Shown here: in pieces, positions 14,431 through 28,654 of the stretch
Position numbering within the stretch: position 1 is the stretch's first letter
Layout of the letters: every line of letters begins with the position of its first letter
Source of the DNA: Eledone cirrhosa
Taxonomy: Eukaryota
DNA: 64,000 bases
NCBI GenBank assembly: GCA_964016885.1
Contig: OZ024748.1
Coordinates: forward strand, 26,970,001 to 27,034,000
Reading direction: 5' to 3'
Notes under the pieces: model-generated
Databases searched by the model: none
Seen by the model: the letters and a program-made list of their open reading frames with translations, nothing else
Told to the model about the DNA's origin: nothing
Translations under genes and position numbers: made by a program

Positions 14431-14432
<2 letters not shown>
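14185..14432. repeat. Fold-back inverted repeat (119-bp arms, 10-nt spacer); each arm carries a hammerhead motif
   Basis: 14185-14303 is the reverse complement of 14314-14432 with few mismatches. Plus strand 14342-14399: ttcatt-CTGAGGA-ttgaaagcaaa attt tttgcttttaa-GAAA-ccactgg-TA-aatgga. Mirror copy on minus strand at 14218-14275. Confidence 0.9.
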
Positions 14433-15259
<827 letters not shown>

Positions 15260-15260
<1 letters not shown>

Positions 15261-15809
15261 TAAGTATGTATACGTACATACATATATGTATACAGACGTA
15301 CAGTAGTATGTATATATATACATACATGCACACATATATATATGTACGTATGGATTCACCGAACATTTATGATAATGCTCGGTGTGTTTGTAAACAAACA
15401 TCCCGAATTAAGCCGTACAGTGTCTAGCAACCATCGTTCATTTGTTCAACATTGACAAAGGAACGCTGTACTAGTTTCAAGCTTATTAGCTATCTTCAGC
15501 AACGTATACCGTCTGAAAGTATATACTTTCCTTATGCATATTAACGGCTAAGCAGCCTAATTTGCATATCGAGTGAGTTAATCGGCCGGGCGCAACGATA
15601 AACGGAAAAACTGAAACGAAATTTCATTTCTCACTCTTAGTACAGCTGTGACTTAAATATAAGTATGTATACGTTAATATGCATAAGGAAATATAGTATA
15701 TACTTTCAGACGTTCATATATATATAGTATATACTTTCAGACGTTCAATCATCTGGCAGGAATGTATACGTTGCTGACGATAGCTAATAAGCTTGAAACA
15801 GCTGTTCCT
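15260..15809. mobile_element. ~440-bp hammerhead-bearing repeat (minus copy 15260-15673) plus an inverted partial copy (plus, 15672-15809)
   Basis: Homologous to 24165-24697 and 54020-54422. Hammerhead on minus at 15463-15505 (CTGAAGA core) and a damaged one on plus at 15768-15808 (CTGACGA core). Confidence 0.85.
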
Positions 15810-15824
15810 ATAACCATACACATC

Positions 15825-15864
15825 CCGAGCTGAAGATCCGCGAAGGTGAAACAATTGTTCTCGG
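15825..15864 (+). ncRNA. Minimal type I hammerhead candidate
   Basis: ccgag-CTGAAGA-tccgcgaaggt-GAAA-caattg-TT-ctcgg; stem I extended by accatac/gtatggt. Confidence 0.7.
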
Positions 15865-15958
15865 TATGGTGAACTAACTGTTGTGTAACCACTTCTACCT
15901 AACTCGTCCCTTGGACTGAGTGGTCTACCACTACGAATATTACCTTCCAGGGTTCCAC

Positions 15959-16006
<48 letters not shown>

Positions 16007-16047
16007 GATATTAAATAAATGGAAACTATATTTATAAAACCATATTT

Positions 16048-16110
16048 ATTTCATTATACATATTTCAGGGATACCAAATTAAAATATGGTATGCCTTCAT
16101 CAGACAAAAT
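16048..16110 (-). ncRNA. Type I hammerhead candidate
   Basis: Minus strand: attttgt-CTGATGA-aggcatacca...tggtatccct-GAAA-tatgta-TA-atgaaat. Confidence 0.7.
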
Positions 16111-19029
16111 ACAATATATAAACAGTTTTATAAATAATTTTGACGTACCCTATTAAGTGCAACCATTATTTATGGAAGCTGGAACAGTTAGAACAGTTAT
16201 AAAATATTCACAAGCTGAATAGTTAGAACAGTTATAAAATATTTACTTGTTGTATCCCAACAATTTTAAATAGAACTTTTGCATATATATATGTATATAT
16301 ATTTATATATATATACACACACACACATATACATATATATACGTATATGTCTGTGAGTTTGAAAGTGGGTCGATGTAGATTAATGTGAAATGGATTTTCC
16401 GATCCTTACATCTTATTTCGTTTCATTTTCATTTTTGATTACTTTTCCACGTGCAAAGAGCAATGCCACAGAATATAAATTAAATTACTGGAAAGCTGTG
16501 CCAATGACCTGGTTTTTATATTAAACTTTGTAACTTCTTTCACTTTAGTTATTTAGGCTAAAATTCTTCACAGAAGCTTGAATGTTGCGCAGTTTTATTT
16601 CCCTTAGCCTTATAAGGTGCCCTCTTCATCAACATGATCATCATCATAATCGTGATCATCATCGTTTTATGTCCGTGTTCCATGATGGTGTGGGATGGAC
16701 GGGGTGAAATGCTCTGAAACTAGACGGGCCTGCGTTCTATTCTATGCTCACGTTTCTGTTTTGGCATGGTTTCTAAGGTTGGATGTATTGCCTATCGTCA
16801 GCTTCTTTATAGAGTTTAATGGGTAGATTTTATCGTAGCAACCGCTCTACCACTTTACGAAGTGTACATAGTCCATGTTATGATGGCATCAGCTCTACCT
16901 CTTTACAGAGTGAATTGTTTACTTTCTATCGTGGCAACAGCACTACCACTTTACAGAATATACAGGTTGTATTTTCTACTGGCAACAGTACTACCTCCTT
17001 ACAGAGTGTACTGGGCGCATTTAATGATAGCATCAACAGTAGGATGATCATTGGGCCTTCTGTAAGGCGGAGACAGCAATAAGGGCCTACGTAAAAATTA
17101 TTCTCACTAGATGAGGAGGGAACATCTTCTCCCTCTTTCTGTCACCCCCCCCTCTCTCCTTAAACAAATGACGTTCCTTTTCTTACACTATTTATGTACA
17201 TATCTCTCGCCTGGCTCTCCTCCTCTCTATATAAAGTGAGCGTGACGGACGGACGGAAATACAGATAACGCTCTTATTATGATATAGATTATTGAGGGAT
17301 CCTCCGTCACTTTCTACGATGAGCATTTGGTCTTTCTATCAACTGAACAACCGATGCATGTAAATGGTCGAGTATTCCACAGACATCCAAGTGCCTTTAA
17401 CATAATTCTCAGACAGTATAGGCAGATGGAGTCTCCGAGAATTTAATCTCACTGACACGTTTTGTTATGAAATAGACTTAGGGCGGTGAATTGGCAGAGT
17501 CGTTAGAGCGTCGGGCAAATGCTTAGCAATTTACGCTCTTTATGTTCTATGTTCATATCCCGTCAAGGTCGACTTTCCTTTTCATCTTTCTGAAGTCAAC
17601 AAAAAAAGTACCAGTCGAGTACTGAGGTCGACCTGGACATGAAACCGCATCGCAGGCATGATTCATAGAAAGATTACCTTTTCTTAATTGTACTTTTTGA
17701 CATGGTCGGTTCTAGAATGTAAAGCGTTATCATTTACCGAACGCGGTGCATGTAGGTATAGTTAGAACAGGTGGAGGGGTGCGTGGGGGAGAAATAAGCG
17801 AGAGACAGGGGTAGGCGAAACATAAAAAATAGACAAAGAGGAGAGTGAGTGAGAAATAAGAGAGAAACTGATAGACAAGTGACAAATAAAAGAGAGAGAG
17901 AGAGACGAAAAGAGGAGCGTAAAAAAATAAGAGAGAAACAAGAGGGAGTGCGAGAAATAAGAAAAGGAGGAAGTAAGAAATAAGAGAGAAACAGTTAACG
18001 AAACACACACAAAGAAAGAGAAAGAGAGAAAGGGGGACTAATACAAACAAGATAACTGTGATTAACTGATATAATTATCGAGTTAATTGAAAGCAAGTTT
18101 TTTTCTTTAGCTCGAGAATATAGTAGCAAGGCAAATGAACAACAGTAACGTAGAAGGAATATTCTAGAGCCTCGTTTTCCTTCTTCACCTTTCTCTGTTG
18201 CGTCATATCCGCTCCGAGGCGATATGACGCAATTTTGTTTCTTTGAGGGGGGGGGGGGGTTCTAGAACAGAGCTTTCTAGTAGAAAAAAAAAATCACGTT
18301 ACTCTACTCTGCTCGATCTACTCTAAGTCTCTCGATTTACTTTCATTATTGAATACTTTTGGCGAATTGAACTGTTTAGAGCTGTGCTGTGCTTTGGCTG
18401 CAATCGTTCTGGCTCACTGCGTTTTGAATTCAAATCTCACCGAAGTTAGCTTGCCTTTCCCCGTTACGGGAGTTGATAAAATCGACTTTCCCCTTCGCTT
18501 CAAAATTGCTGGCCTTGTGCTAAAAGTAGAAACAATTATTGAAACTTTCTACGAATTAGACAGTTTAAAGCTGTGATGTGTTGCAACATTTGTTCCGGCT
18601 CGTTGCGTTTTGAGTTCAAATGTCACCGAGGTCAACTTTGCTTTTTATCATTAGCTGGATCAAGCATTTCATATATTTGACTTTAACCCTCCATCCCCAC
18701 CCACAAGCTCTCTCTCTAAAATTAAATAGATAAATAAATACTGGCCTTGTGCCTAAATTACTAAACATTATTAATTCAGTAATACACTGGGATAATTGCT
18801 GGCCTTGTGCCAAAAGTAGAAACAATTATTAATTATTTTCGTCGCGGTTAACTTTGCCTTTCATCCTTACGGGGTCGATAAAATAAAGTACCAGTAATGT
18901 ACTGAGATATTTGCTGGCCTTGTGCCAAAAGTAGAAACAATTATTAATTATTTTCGTGTTTTCTTCTTTACTTGTTCCAGCCGACTGGCTGGAGCGATGC
19001 TGGGGCACTGCCATATATATTGTTGAATA

Positions 19030-19201
19030 TATTTTTTTAAATTACGCCTCTATATTATAATTACTAAATGTGAGCGACGGCGTCTTCTCCCTCTTTCTGT
19101 CACACACACACACATACACACTCTCTCTCTAAACAAATGACGTTCTTTTTCTCTCTCTATTTCTATGCACATCTATTCGCTTGGCGTTTCCCCCCCCCCC
19201 C

Positions 19202-19278
<77 letters not shown>

Positions 19279-19458
19279 TGAGGGCGACGTCGTAACTTTC
19301 TGTCTATCTATCTCTGTCACTTCGAAAACACAACGTTCCCTTTGTTCTATCTATATTCATATCTCTTGCGAGGTGATCCCCCTCTCTATATAAAGTGAGC
19401 GTGGCGTACAGACAGACAGTGCTCTATATTATAATATAGATTATTATAATATAGATTA
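19030..19458. mobile_element. Short dispersed repeat, possibly Helitron-derived (related copy at 17125-17290)
   Basis: The two loci share ctccctctttctgtcac...taaacaaatgacgttc...ctctatataaagtgagcgtg...tatagatt. The termini resemble the TCTATATTATAA Helitron 5' end. Confidence 0.4.
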
Positions 19459-19557
19459 TCATTCAATGTTTTCATACAATGATACACAGACATTTTCTGA
19501 AGGCGCTTCTCAAAATATACTTTTATTTGATTGCATTATGCAACGCCATCGAGCGAG

Positions 19558-20043
19558 TGATGGATCTTGGTCGGTTTCAACAATAAGTGTTTTAGTTGTT
19601 TGATCAAAGGAACAGCTTGCTCGTAAAAATTAACTTGCAAGTCGCTGAGCAATAATTCTGGGTGGCAGTGTGTGAATTACAGGTACAGTGAATCCGACAT
19701 TCTTCCACAAAATTTCCGTCTACCCAGTCTCACTCATAAGACATGAAAAATAAAATAAAAACACACATGCAAACACACACACACACAAATGCATACATAC
19801 ATACACATGCATTTGTGTGTGTGTGTGTTTGCATGTGTGTTTTTATTTTATTTTTCATGTCTTATGAGTGAGACTGGGTAGACGGAAATTTTGTGGAAGA
19901 ATGTCGGATTCACTGTACCTGTAATTCACACACTGCCACCCAGAATTATTGCTCAGCGACTTGCAAGTTAATTTTTACGAGCAAGCTGTTCCTTTGATCA
20001 AACAACTAAAACACTTATTGTTGAAACCGACCAAGATCCATCA
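19558..20043. repeat. Perfect fold-back palindrome, 237-bp arms, 12-nt spacer
   Basis: 19558-19794 is the exact reverse complement of 19807-20043 as read by eye. Confidence 0.95.
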
Positions 20044-20203
20044 TACATACACACACACATATACACATATATATGCGTATATATATACACACATACACAT
20101 ACATATACACATACATACACACATAAATATCAACACATCCATACATACACATACATATATACAACCACACACACATATATACACACATATATATAGAAAT
20201 ATA

Positions 20204-20257
<54 letters not shown>

Positions 20258-20607
20258 TACACATACACATACATATGCATGTACAAAATTAGAAAAATAT
20301 ACACACACCTCTACATATTCACACAAGCAAATAAATATAAGAAAAAATATATATAAAATAAAATAAAAACTGTTATACAGTTGACAGCGATACAGGCAAC
20401 GAATAAATGAACAAACACGCGTGGTAAGCAATACACACAAATGCACGTACACATACATACGTAAAAATAAATACATACACATACTCTCACACATAAATAT
20501 ACATATACAAATACATAAACACATACATACGCATACACAAATACATACACAAACGCACACACACACATCACACATATACATATATACACACACATATACA
20601 CACACAC

Positions 20608-20681
<74 letters not shown>

Positions 20682-20791
20682 CACATACACATATACACAC
20701 ATATATATATACACACACACATACATACATAGCTATACAATTATACACATACAAATACGTACATATCACAAACACGCACAACCAAATACAA

Positions 20792-20883
<92 letters not shown>

Positions 20884-20954
20884 CTCAATCTTAGATAATT
20901 CATATGAACCTTATATAACTCAAAAATATGTAATAAACAACATAAGGCAATTAT

Positions 20955-21012
20955 TCCATTCACCAGTGGTTTCTTAAAAGCAAAAAAGTTTGCCTTCAAT
21001 CATCAGAATGAA
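20955..21012 (-). ncRNA. Hammerhead motif (same family as the 14.3-kb palindrome), cleavage triplet mutated to GUG
   Basis: Minus strand: ttcatt-CTGATGA-ttgaaggcaaa cttt tttgcttttaa-GAAA-ccactgg-TG-aatgga. Confidence 0.75.
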
Positions 21013-21032
21013 AAAAACCTGGTCTATCTATC

Positions 21033-21098
<66 letters not shown>

Positions 21099-21282
21099 CA
21101 TACACATACATTTTGGTATGTGAAGGGTAAGGCAAACAAAAATATATATATATGGGGGGGGGGAATGACATAGGAAAAGGTGAAATATAAGGGGAGATAA
21201 GGGAGAAAACGAATACAAGAGTACAGAACGTGGATTCAGCAGGTAAAAAAACCGTAGTAGAAGTAAAGAGCAGGAAAGGAGT

Positions 21283-22130
21283 TCAAGGCGGTTGAGTTAT
21301 CATAGGAATGTCAATCCAGTTACAGATCAGATGTGGTTTCAGATGAGGACAACATCTGAAGATCTCGGTCTTTGAGTTTAGGCAAGCAGAAGTGGCTCTC
21401 AAGTTTAGCAAAATCCTATATTTTTCTGTGGTACACAAAGAACAATTCTTTGTGCCCCTTTGGTACTCCCTCGAATGGTCTAAGATAGACCAATCGATAG
21501 AGTACGGGATGTTACTATCCTTGAATTCCCACACCTTACTTGCGAGGGCCGTTGTTGTTCGTTTATCGGAGTGCTTAAAAGAAGCGACATGTGAATAAAA
21601 CCTGGTTTTAAACCTGTCCTGGGTCATGCCGACATATCGCTCACTCCTGGCTGGCTGGTTGTTGATTAACGGTGTTATTTTAGCCTCATAAACAACAGAT
21701 TTGGTGTTACATTTACCCTGCAATGGGCATTCATCCGGCTTCCTGCAACTGCATCCTGGATTTGTTCTCGTATGATTTGAACTAGTGATCTTGGACTTCA
21801 TAGATGGGCAACAAGAGTAACTGATCTTAACTACGTTCCTATTAAATATCTTTAAATATCTATGATTAGGAAGAAAATGTTTGTCAAAGAGTTCCAGGAA
21901 TTTCCTTCCATTAGTTTTGACAGTTAGAGAGAAGGCGGGTGTGAACCAAATAATTTTCCGTTTCCTGTAATTGTGGTTAGTTTAGGGGGGGGGGGGGGGA
22001 GTAGGTAAATAAACATTTTTTTAGGTAAAACCGCTGTTCATAAAGGCTTTATTATAATAAGGGGCGGCTTTATTAAAAATGTCTATAGACGAAGATAGGT
22101 AGAAATCGTACGGCTAATGTTGGGAATAAC
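21283..22130 (-). mobile_element. 5'-truncated Penelope-like retroelement (Naiad-type): end of RT thumb, linker and GIY-YIG endonuclease
   Basis: Minus strand reads IFNKAAPYYNKAFMNSGF, then RKRKIIWFTPAFS...FDKHF...IFNRNVVKISYSC, then CSCRKPDECPLQGKC-VVYEA...YVGMT..FKTRFYSH...CSLCTTEK...LNSKTEIFRCCPH. Confidence 0.88.
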
Positions 22131-22210
22131 ACATATATATATATATATATATATATACCTTGATTAAATCTTAACCATTTAACATCTCAGGGTATGTCAT
22201 GTATCATTAT

Positions 22211-22262
22211 ATTTTGTCTGATGAGGACGTACTGTTGTACATCCGAAATATGTATAATATAT
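22211..22262 (+). ncRNA. Type I hammerhead candidate
   Basis: attttgt-CTGATGA-ggacgtac tgtt gtacatcc-GAAA-tatgta-TA; the 3' strand of stem I runs into a TA tract. Confidence 0.6.
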
Positions 22263-22292
22263 ATAAATATATATATATATAAATATATTTAT

Positions 22293-22360
<68 letters not shown>

Positions 22361-22521
22361 CCAGAATTAGCCGTCGAAACGGCTTGAGCTCAGCTGTCGG
22401 GGTCTTACTGGTTCCTATTACCCACTCTACTACCTCAAGTATTGAGTACTTTGGTGCGTTATGGTCCACCTGGTTCCTTACCACATTTCCTTCGTTATAT
22501 ATATATATATATATATATATA

Positions 22522-23960
22522 TAACACGCAGGATTGATATTGTTTTTGAAAAACTAATTAACCCACGTGTATATTATTTTACTTTCTTGTGATTCGCGAT
22601 TGCCTCCCTTTTCCGCTGGAATTTCAAATTTGGCGGTCATTTGATGCGTGAAGGGACGACTTAGCGGACACGAAAAATAACTGCGGTAAGAAAATTTTTC
22701 TTATATCAAAGTTTAATGGGCATCCACTGATGATATATAAGTACCCACCTGCATATGTTCTTACAGAAAAATATGTAGGCTTCTACATAAACCGGAAACA
22801 TTCTCCCAACTTGTAGAAAACTTATAATGAAACAATTGTTTGGAAAAAGAGATATATTTTAATTTTAATTATATCTCATATAAAATAATACAACTGGCTT
22901 GCCACAAAATACATATAGTTAGCACCCCAAACACAAAATTGGGATTATACTAACGTATATCCTAATGTTTGTTGAGTGAGATGGTTACCAGTCAGAGTTT
23001 AGCTTAAAGCTTTCTCTGTTATTGTATTAAATATTTTACTCTTGATTTGGCCAGAGAATTATATTTCCAGATATCTTTTAAACGTAACTTTCCGTATTTA
23101 TTACTGTTATGAGATATTGTTTGTAATTTAGGTATCACTTCTCTGTTTTTACCCTAAGAAAATATCTATATGCGTGTGTAATTAATACATGCATACATTT
23201 ATTTTTTAAAAATTAATTGAGTTCTTAACACGCAGGATTGATATTGTTTTTGAAAAAACTAATTAACCCACGTGTATATTATTTTACTTTCTTGTGATTC
23301 GCGATTGCCCCCCCTTTCCGCTTCATGACGCTGTGATATTCCTCAGTCTAAAGACTGCTGGAATTTCAAATTTGGCGGTCATTTGATGCGTGAAGGGACG
23401 ACTTAGCGGACACGAAAAATAACTGCGGTAAGAAATTTTTTCTTATATCAAAGTTTAATGGGCATCCACTGATGATTTATAAGTACCCACCTGCATATGT
23501 TCTTACAGAATAATATGTAGGCTTCTACATAAACCGGAAACATTCTCCCAACTTGTAGAAAACTTATAATGAAACAATTGTTTGGAAAGAGAGATATATT
23601 TTAATTTTAATTATATCTCATATAAAATAATTGTTTCTACTTTTGGCACAAGGCCAGCAATTATCCCAGTGCATTACTGGTACTTTATTTTATCGACCCT
23701 GTAAGGATGAAAGGCAAAGTTAACCTCGGCGGGATTTGAACTCAGAATGGCTAGGGCCGTAACTCTATGCGTCAAAGCATGGCGTCGGACCCTCTACCGA
23801 TACTACCAATCCAATACAACTGGCTTTCCACAAAATACATATAGTTAGCACCCCAAACACAAAATTGGGATTATACTAACGTATATCCTAATGTTTGTTG
23901 AGTGAGATGGTTACCAGTCAGAGTTTAGCTTAAAGCTTTCTCTGTTATTGTATTAAATAT
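22522..23960 (+). mobile_element. Tandem ~704-bp unit (about 1.7 copies), each with a branched-stem-II hammerhead; second copy interrupted by a SINE (23627-23813)
   Basis: taacacgcaggattgatattg at 22522 and 23226. Hammerheads tcca-CTGATGA...GAAA-caattg-TT-tgga at 22723-22844 and 23465-23586. Flanked on both sides by (TA)n. Confidence 0.88.
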
Positions 23961-24004
23961 ATATATATATATATAATATATATATAAATATATATATATA
24001 AATA

Positions 24005-24045
<41 letters not shown>

Positions 24046-24056
24046 AAATATATATA

Positions 24057-24760
<704 letters not shown>

Positions 24761-25699
24761 CAAATTTATAGATATATGTATATTTATAGAGAGAGAAAGA
24801 ACCATATATCTTATGAGAACACAGTATTTTGTACACATACAAAGCACATATTTCTCGGGAGAATACGTACTTTAGATGGAAAAAGTTCTTATTCCTAAGG
24901 GCCATTTCATGATTCAAATAGAACCACAACATAGCATCGATCTAAGCAATCGATCACCAACTATCGATTTTGTTTAGTTTGTGGGAGATGCAAATCACTC
25001 ATCAGAGAAATTACGTCTGGCGAAACACGTGTCAATTATATAATAAATGTTAGTCCTTTAACTGTGAAGTTGTCATATTCATGTTACTTATTTTATATAT
25101 ATATGTGTGTGTGTGTGTGCTATGTAAGTATTTTTACTGTTGAAAACAAAATGTACCATCTCCACTACCTCTGATATAAAATTCTAGAATAACTGTGGAA
25201 TTTACACCTGCAATACTGTGACATCACCTTAAGAATAAGGGCAACTATGCCTCTTCTGGTCTTGATGGTGTTATGTCCGTCCCAGCTTCTCAAACGTGGT
25301 GGGTACTTTCTTCTACGTGGTGGGTACTTTCTTCACTCATCTTTCAATTCTGTCTATTGAATTTCTTAGCTCATATTTGTCCTTGAAACAGGTCAGTCTG
25401 CTAGGGTTGTTTTTAACAACCAACTATAATAACTGTATATGTTTTGCAATTTTTACAGTTATTTTATTTTAATATTATTATTATTATTTTTTTTTTTTTT
25501 ATATTCTTTTTTAATGTCTAGCAAGATATCACATGATCCACATGACAGGAACAATATGTCCGAACACGGAAGAGCTGAACTCCCAGTCATCACCTCCATC
25601 TCTCTCGCCCTCCCCATCTCTCTGTATTATGAGCAATTGGGGTCCCACGTGCTGGCCGCCCCACAGACCCGGCGGACAGAATGGAGAAGGCGTTTCCCC

Positions 25700-27230
25700 G
25701 GAGGATGGTAAGGGTGGTGTTACTCCAGAGCAGTGGCAAACTGCTGGTGTCGTTCCTCTGTTCAAAAAAGGTGACCGCACGTCACCTGTCAACTATCATC
25801 CAGTCAGTCATACTAGCTGCATTGCCAAACCGATGAAATTCTGTGTCAGAGAAACATTCTGGAACTTCTGGAATTCTCACAGCTTTATCCGGCCTTCACA
25901 ATTTGGATTTATCCCTAACTCCAGCTACTGTGATCGAGGTTTTTGAAGACATCATTCGGATCACTGATGGCGATTCATGAGTAGATGTTGTTTACCTTGA
26001 CTTTGCTAAAGCTTTTAATTCTGTGCTACACAAAAAAGGCTTATGGCAAAACTCTCTGCAATGGGTGTGAGAAATGATCTCTATAGCTGGTTGGAGTCCT
26101 TCATTCTCAGTCGAAAAGAGGTAGTCACGGTTCTTGGACAGCATTCTGCACCCTATGAAGTGTCGTCTGGAGTACCACAGGTATCTGTTCGTGACCCCCC
26201 CCCCCCTTTTCATATGTTAATGACATAGATGCCAACTTAAAGAATACAACAGTGCTGAAATACGCAGATGACACCAAGCTGTACCTTGAGATAAAAAGGA
26301 CAGATCCTGAACACTATAGATCTTTCCTGCAATCAGACTTGGACACAATGTAGCAATGGATCACGGACTGGCAACTCATCTGGCTGTGAACTAGTGTACC
26401 ACCATGCATTTTGGAAGCAAAAACCCAGCGTTCGCATACTCCCTCCACAACACTAATCGCAAGAAGTCTTCTTGTGAACGTGAGCTGGGCATTACTCTAG
26501 CAGCGATTTGCGTTAGACAAGTACATCTCTAAAATTGTCAAGAAAGCCGAGGGTGTCTTGGCATCACTCAGTAAGACCTTTTCAGTCACTTTCCAGCTAT
26601 CTATTTAAAGCTGTATATAGCTATGGTGCAGCCACACTTAGAATTTGCATCACCAGTCTGGAACCCCTATCCTGCTTAGAATATCGACCTCCTAGAAACT
26701 GTTCAGAGACGTGTAACGAAGCGAATACCCTCCATCAGGCATCTAGCATACTCTGAACGCCTTGCTTCCCTGGGCAAAAATACATTAAAGCTCTGACGTC
26801 TGGCAACAGACTTGGTGAACACCCACAAATTTATTAACTACCTTGCCACCAACAACCCTGAGCGCCTTTTTGAATTCCACGTGTCTAACACCCGTGGGCA
26901 TACCTACAAAGTCAGAAAACAACACAGCTCCCATGAATTTCGGAAACATTTTTTCACGCTTAGAGTTGCTGAAGCATGGAACAAACTACCTGCATCGGTT
27001 GTTAGCTGTTGGGGCATTGCATCCTTCAAAACTTCATTGCTTCCTGAAATTCGCCAACACTGCACCTGATATTCCCCCTCCATACACACGCACGCATGTA
27101 TCTGTGTGTATATCATGACTCATACACTGTTCACTTTCCTGACATTTGTACATTATTCTATGTACGATACTTGCACCTTTGATGAGTTGTAGTGCACCTG
27201 AGCACTTTACACAATCATTTTCGTTATATA
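25700..27230 (+). mobile_element. Degenerate CR1-like LINE, RT through 3' UTR
   Basis: PEQWQTAGVVPLFKKGDR..NYHPVS, YLDFAKAF, SGVPQ, KYADDTKL, LEFASPVWNP and TRGH...FFTLRVAEAWNKLP, with stops and frameshifts. Confidence 0.9.
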
Positions 27231-27268
27231 TGTACATACACGTTTCATCATATGATCTCTATGCCCCC

Positions 27269-27342
<74 letters not shown>

Positions 27343-27413
27343 GAAGGACAATTTGTTAAGCCTTCATTACGTTTATTCTTTATTATGGCAAATATTAAAC
27401 TCTATTCGTTTCA

Positions 27414-27720
27414 CTGGCGGATCGTCTAACCGAGGTAACTGGTGATGCTCGAGAGGGCGCTTGGCTGTTCCAGCCCACCAGCCTCGCCATCACCCGAGGT
27501 AACGCCGCGAGCGTGCTGGCTTGCTTAAAAAACTATTAGAGGTTTCCCAGTGCTCCTCGCGATATTGTTCTTTTGCTCTGGAAGCAGTTCGTTTGTCCAC
27601 CCCTTTCTCCCGCCTTTTGTTGTATGTGGTCCTAGATGTGTGTATTACCTGATTGTGTGGTTTTTTCTTTCTTTTTTCCTTTCCCTTTTCTTTCTTTTTT
27701 TTTCTCTTTCTATTTGTAAT
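27414..27720 (+). mobile_element. 3' fragment of a CRE-like non-LTR element (end of RLE domain plus 3' UTR)
   Basis: 27414-27539 translates LADRLTEVTGDAREGAWLFQPTSLAITRGNAASVLACLKNY*, similar to the TGD.RE..FL.QRLS.A.QRGNA C-terminus of CRE-clade elements. Confidence 0.6.
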
Positions 27721-28488
27721 ATGTTGCCGGTTATGCCTTAATAGAACTATATATAATCGTTGGTATTGAGTACTCATTCTCGCGTCCACACGGATAAATA
27801 TATATATATATATATCATGCAGGCATATATACATATATACTACTTACTAAATATTTATATTTACAAACGCATATACGCACACGTGTAAATATATTTCTTG
27901 TTTTCATAAAATAATTTTTTATGTAATAAAACATGTTTTGTTTACTATTTCATCGAATATGCTTTACAAAACTGATTAAGCATCCAAAATACACATATAT
28001 ACACACATAATAAATATATATAATAATACGCATTACTGCCTGTTGGATGTTTCGAGAATACATACATGACGTACACACAGACACATACACACACCTACAT
28101 ACACAGACACAGCTATACATAACGACACATGCATGCACACACAACCCAACATATGCAGACACTTACATATATGTATACAGACAAACACCAACACATATAT
28201 AGACATACACACACGCACATTATCGCGCATACGCATCATGTGAAAGAGGTAGAGGAAGCTTAAATTGGGAAGAAGGGAGGGTGGGGATCTTAGGCTGTTT
28301 TTTTACAATTTAACGATGAAAAATAAAAGCATATAATTTGTTATTTAAAACCACAATGCACAGATTTACGAAAATAATGGTTGCATAGCCATGACGGAAA
28401 AGAAAACACCAAACAACAACAAAGTGTTTAACGTAAAACGAGAAAGATCGAAAATATTTAAAAAATAAATTCAAAAAAATAAAAATTT

Positions 28489-28590
28489 GTTCTCTTCCAG
28501 AAGGTTCTGCTGCGCGTTGATTGGTTAATAAAAGTGACGTCATTGAATCTGTTTAAGCGAAACTACAACGAGAAGCAGTCAGTCTTTTCA
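28489..28590 (+). promoter_or_regulatory. Hsc70 proximal promoter: HSE, CCAAT box, TATA-like tract, CRE, Inr/TCT-like start
   Basis: cTTCcaGAAggTTCt (28494-28508, three alternating nGAAn units), ATTGG 28520-28524, taataaaa 28526-28533, TGACGTCA 28535-28542, tcagtcttttc 28579-28589. Confidence 0.75.
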
Positions 28591-28654
28591 GACATTGCTT
28601 CACTTGCAATTGGTCTACTGTCGCCAAGGCTCCGTGCTTCAGAAGGCAATTCAG
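28580..28654 (+). other. Probable non-coding exon 1 of Hsc70
   Basis: Follows the promoter motifs and ends at cag|gtattc. The ATG exon has an acceptor (tttttcag|a ATG) one base before the start codon, which requires an upstream exon, as in other hsc70 genes. TSS position is inferred. Confidence 0.55.

Noticed and set aside
21283-22130. Selenocysteine-coding Naiad element
   Set aside because: No in-frame TGA at a Cys position in the retained part, and no SECIS recognisable by eye.
24995-25040. tcatcag and GAAA-cacgtg-TC close together
   Set aside because: The two half-motifs are on opposite strands, and no consistent fold was found.
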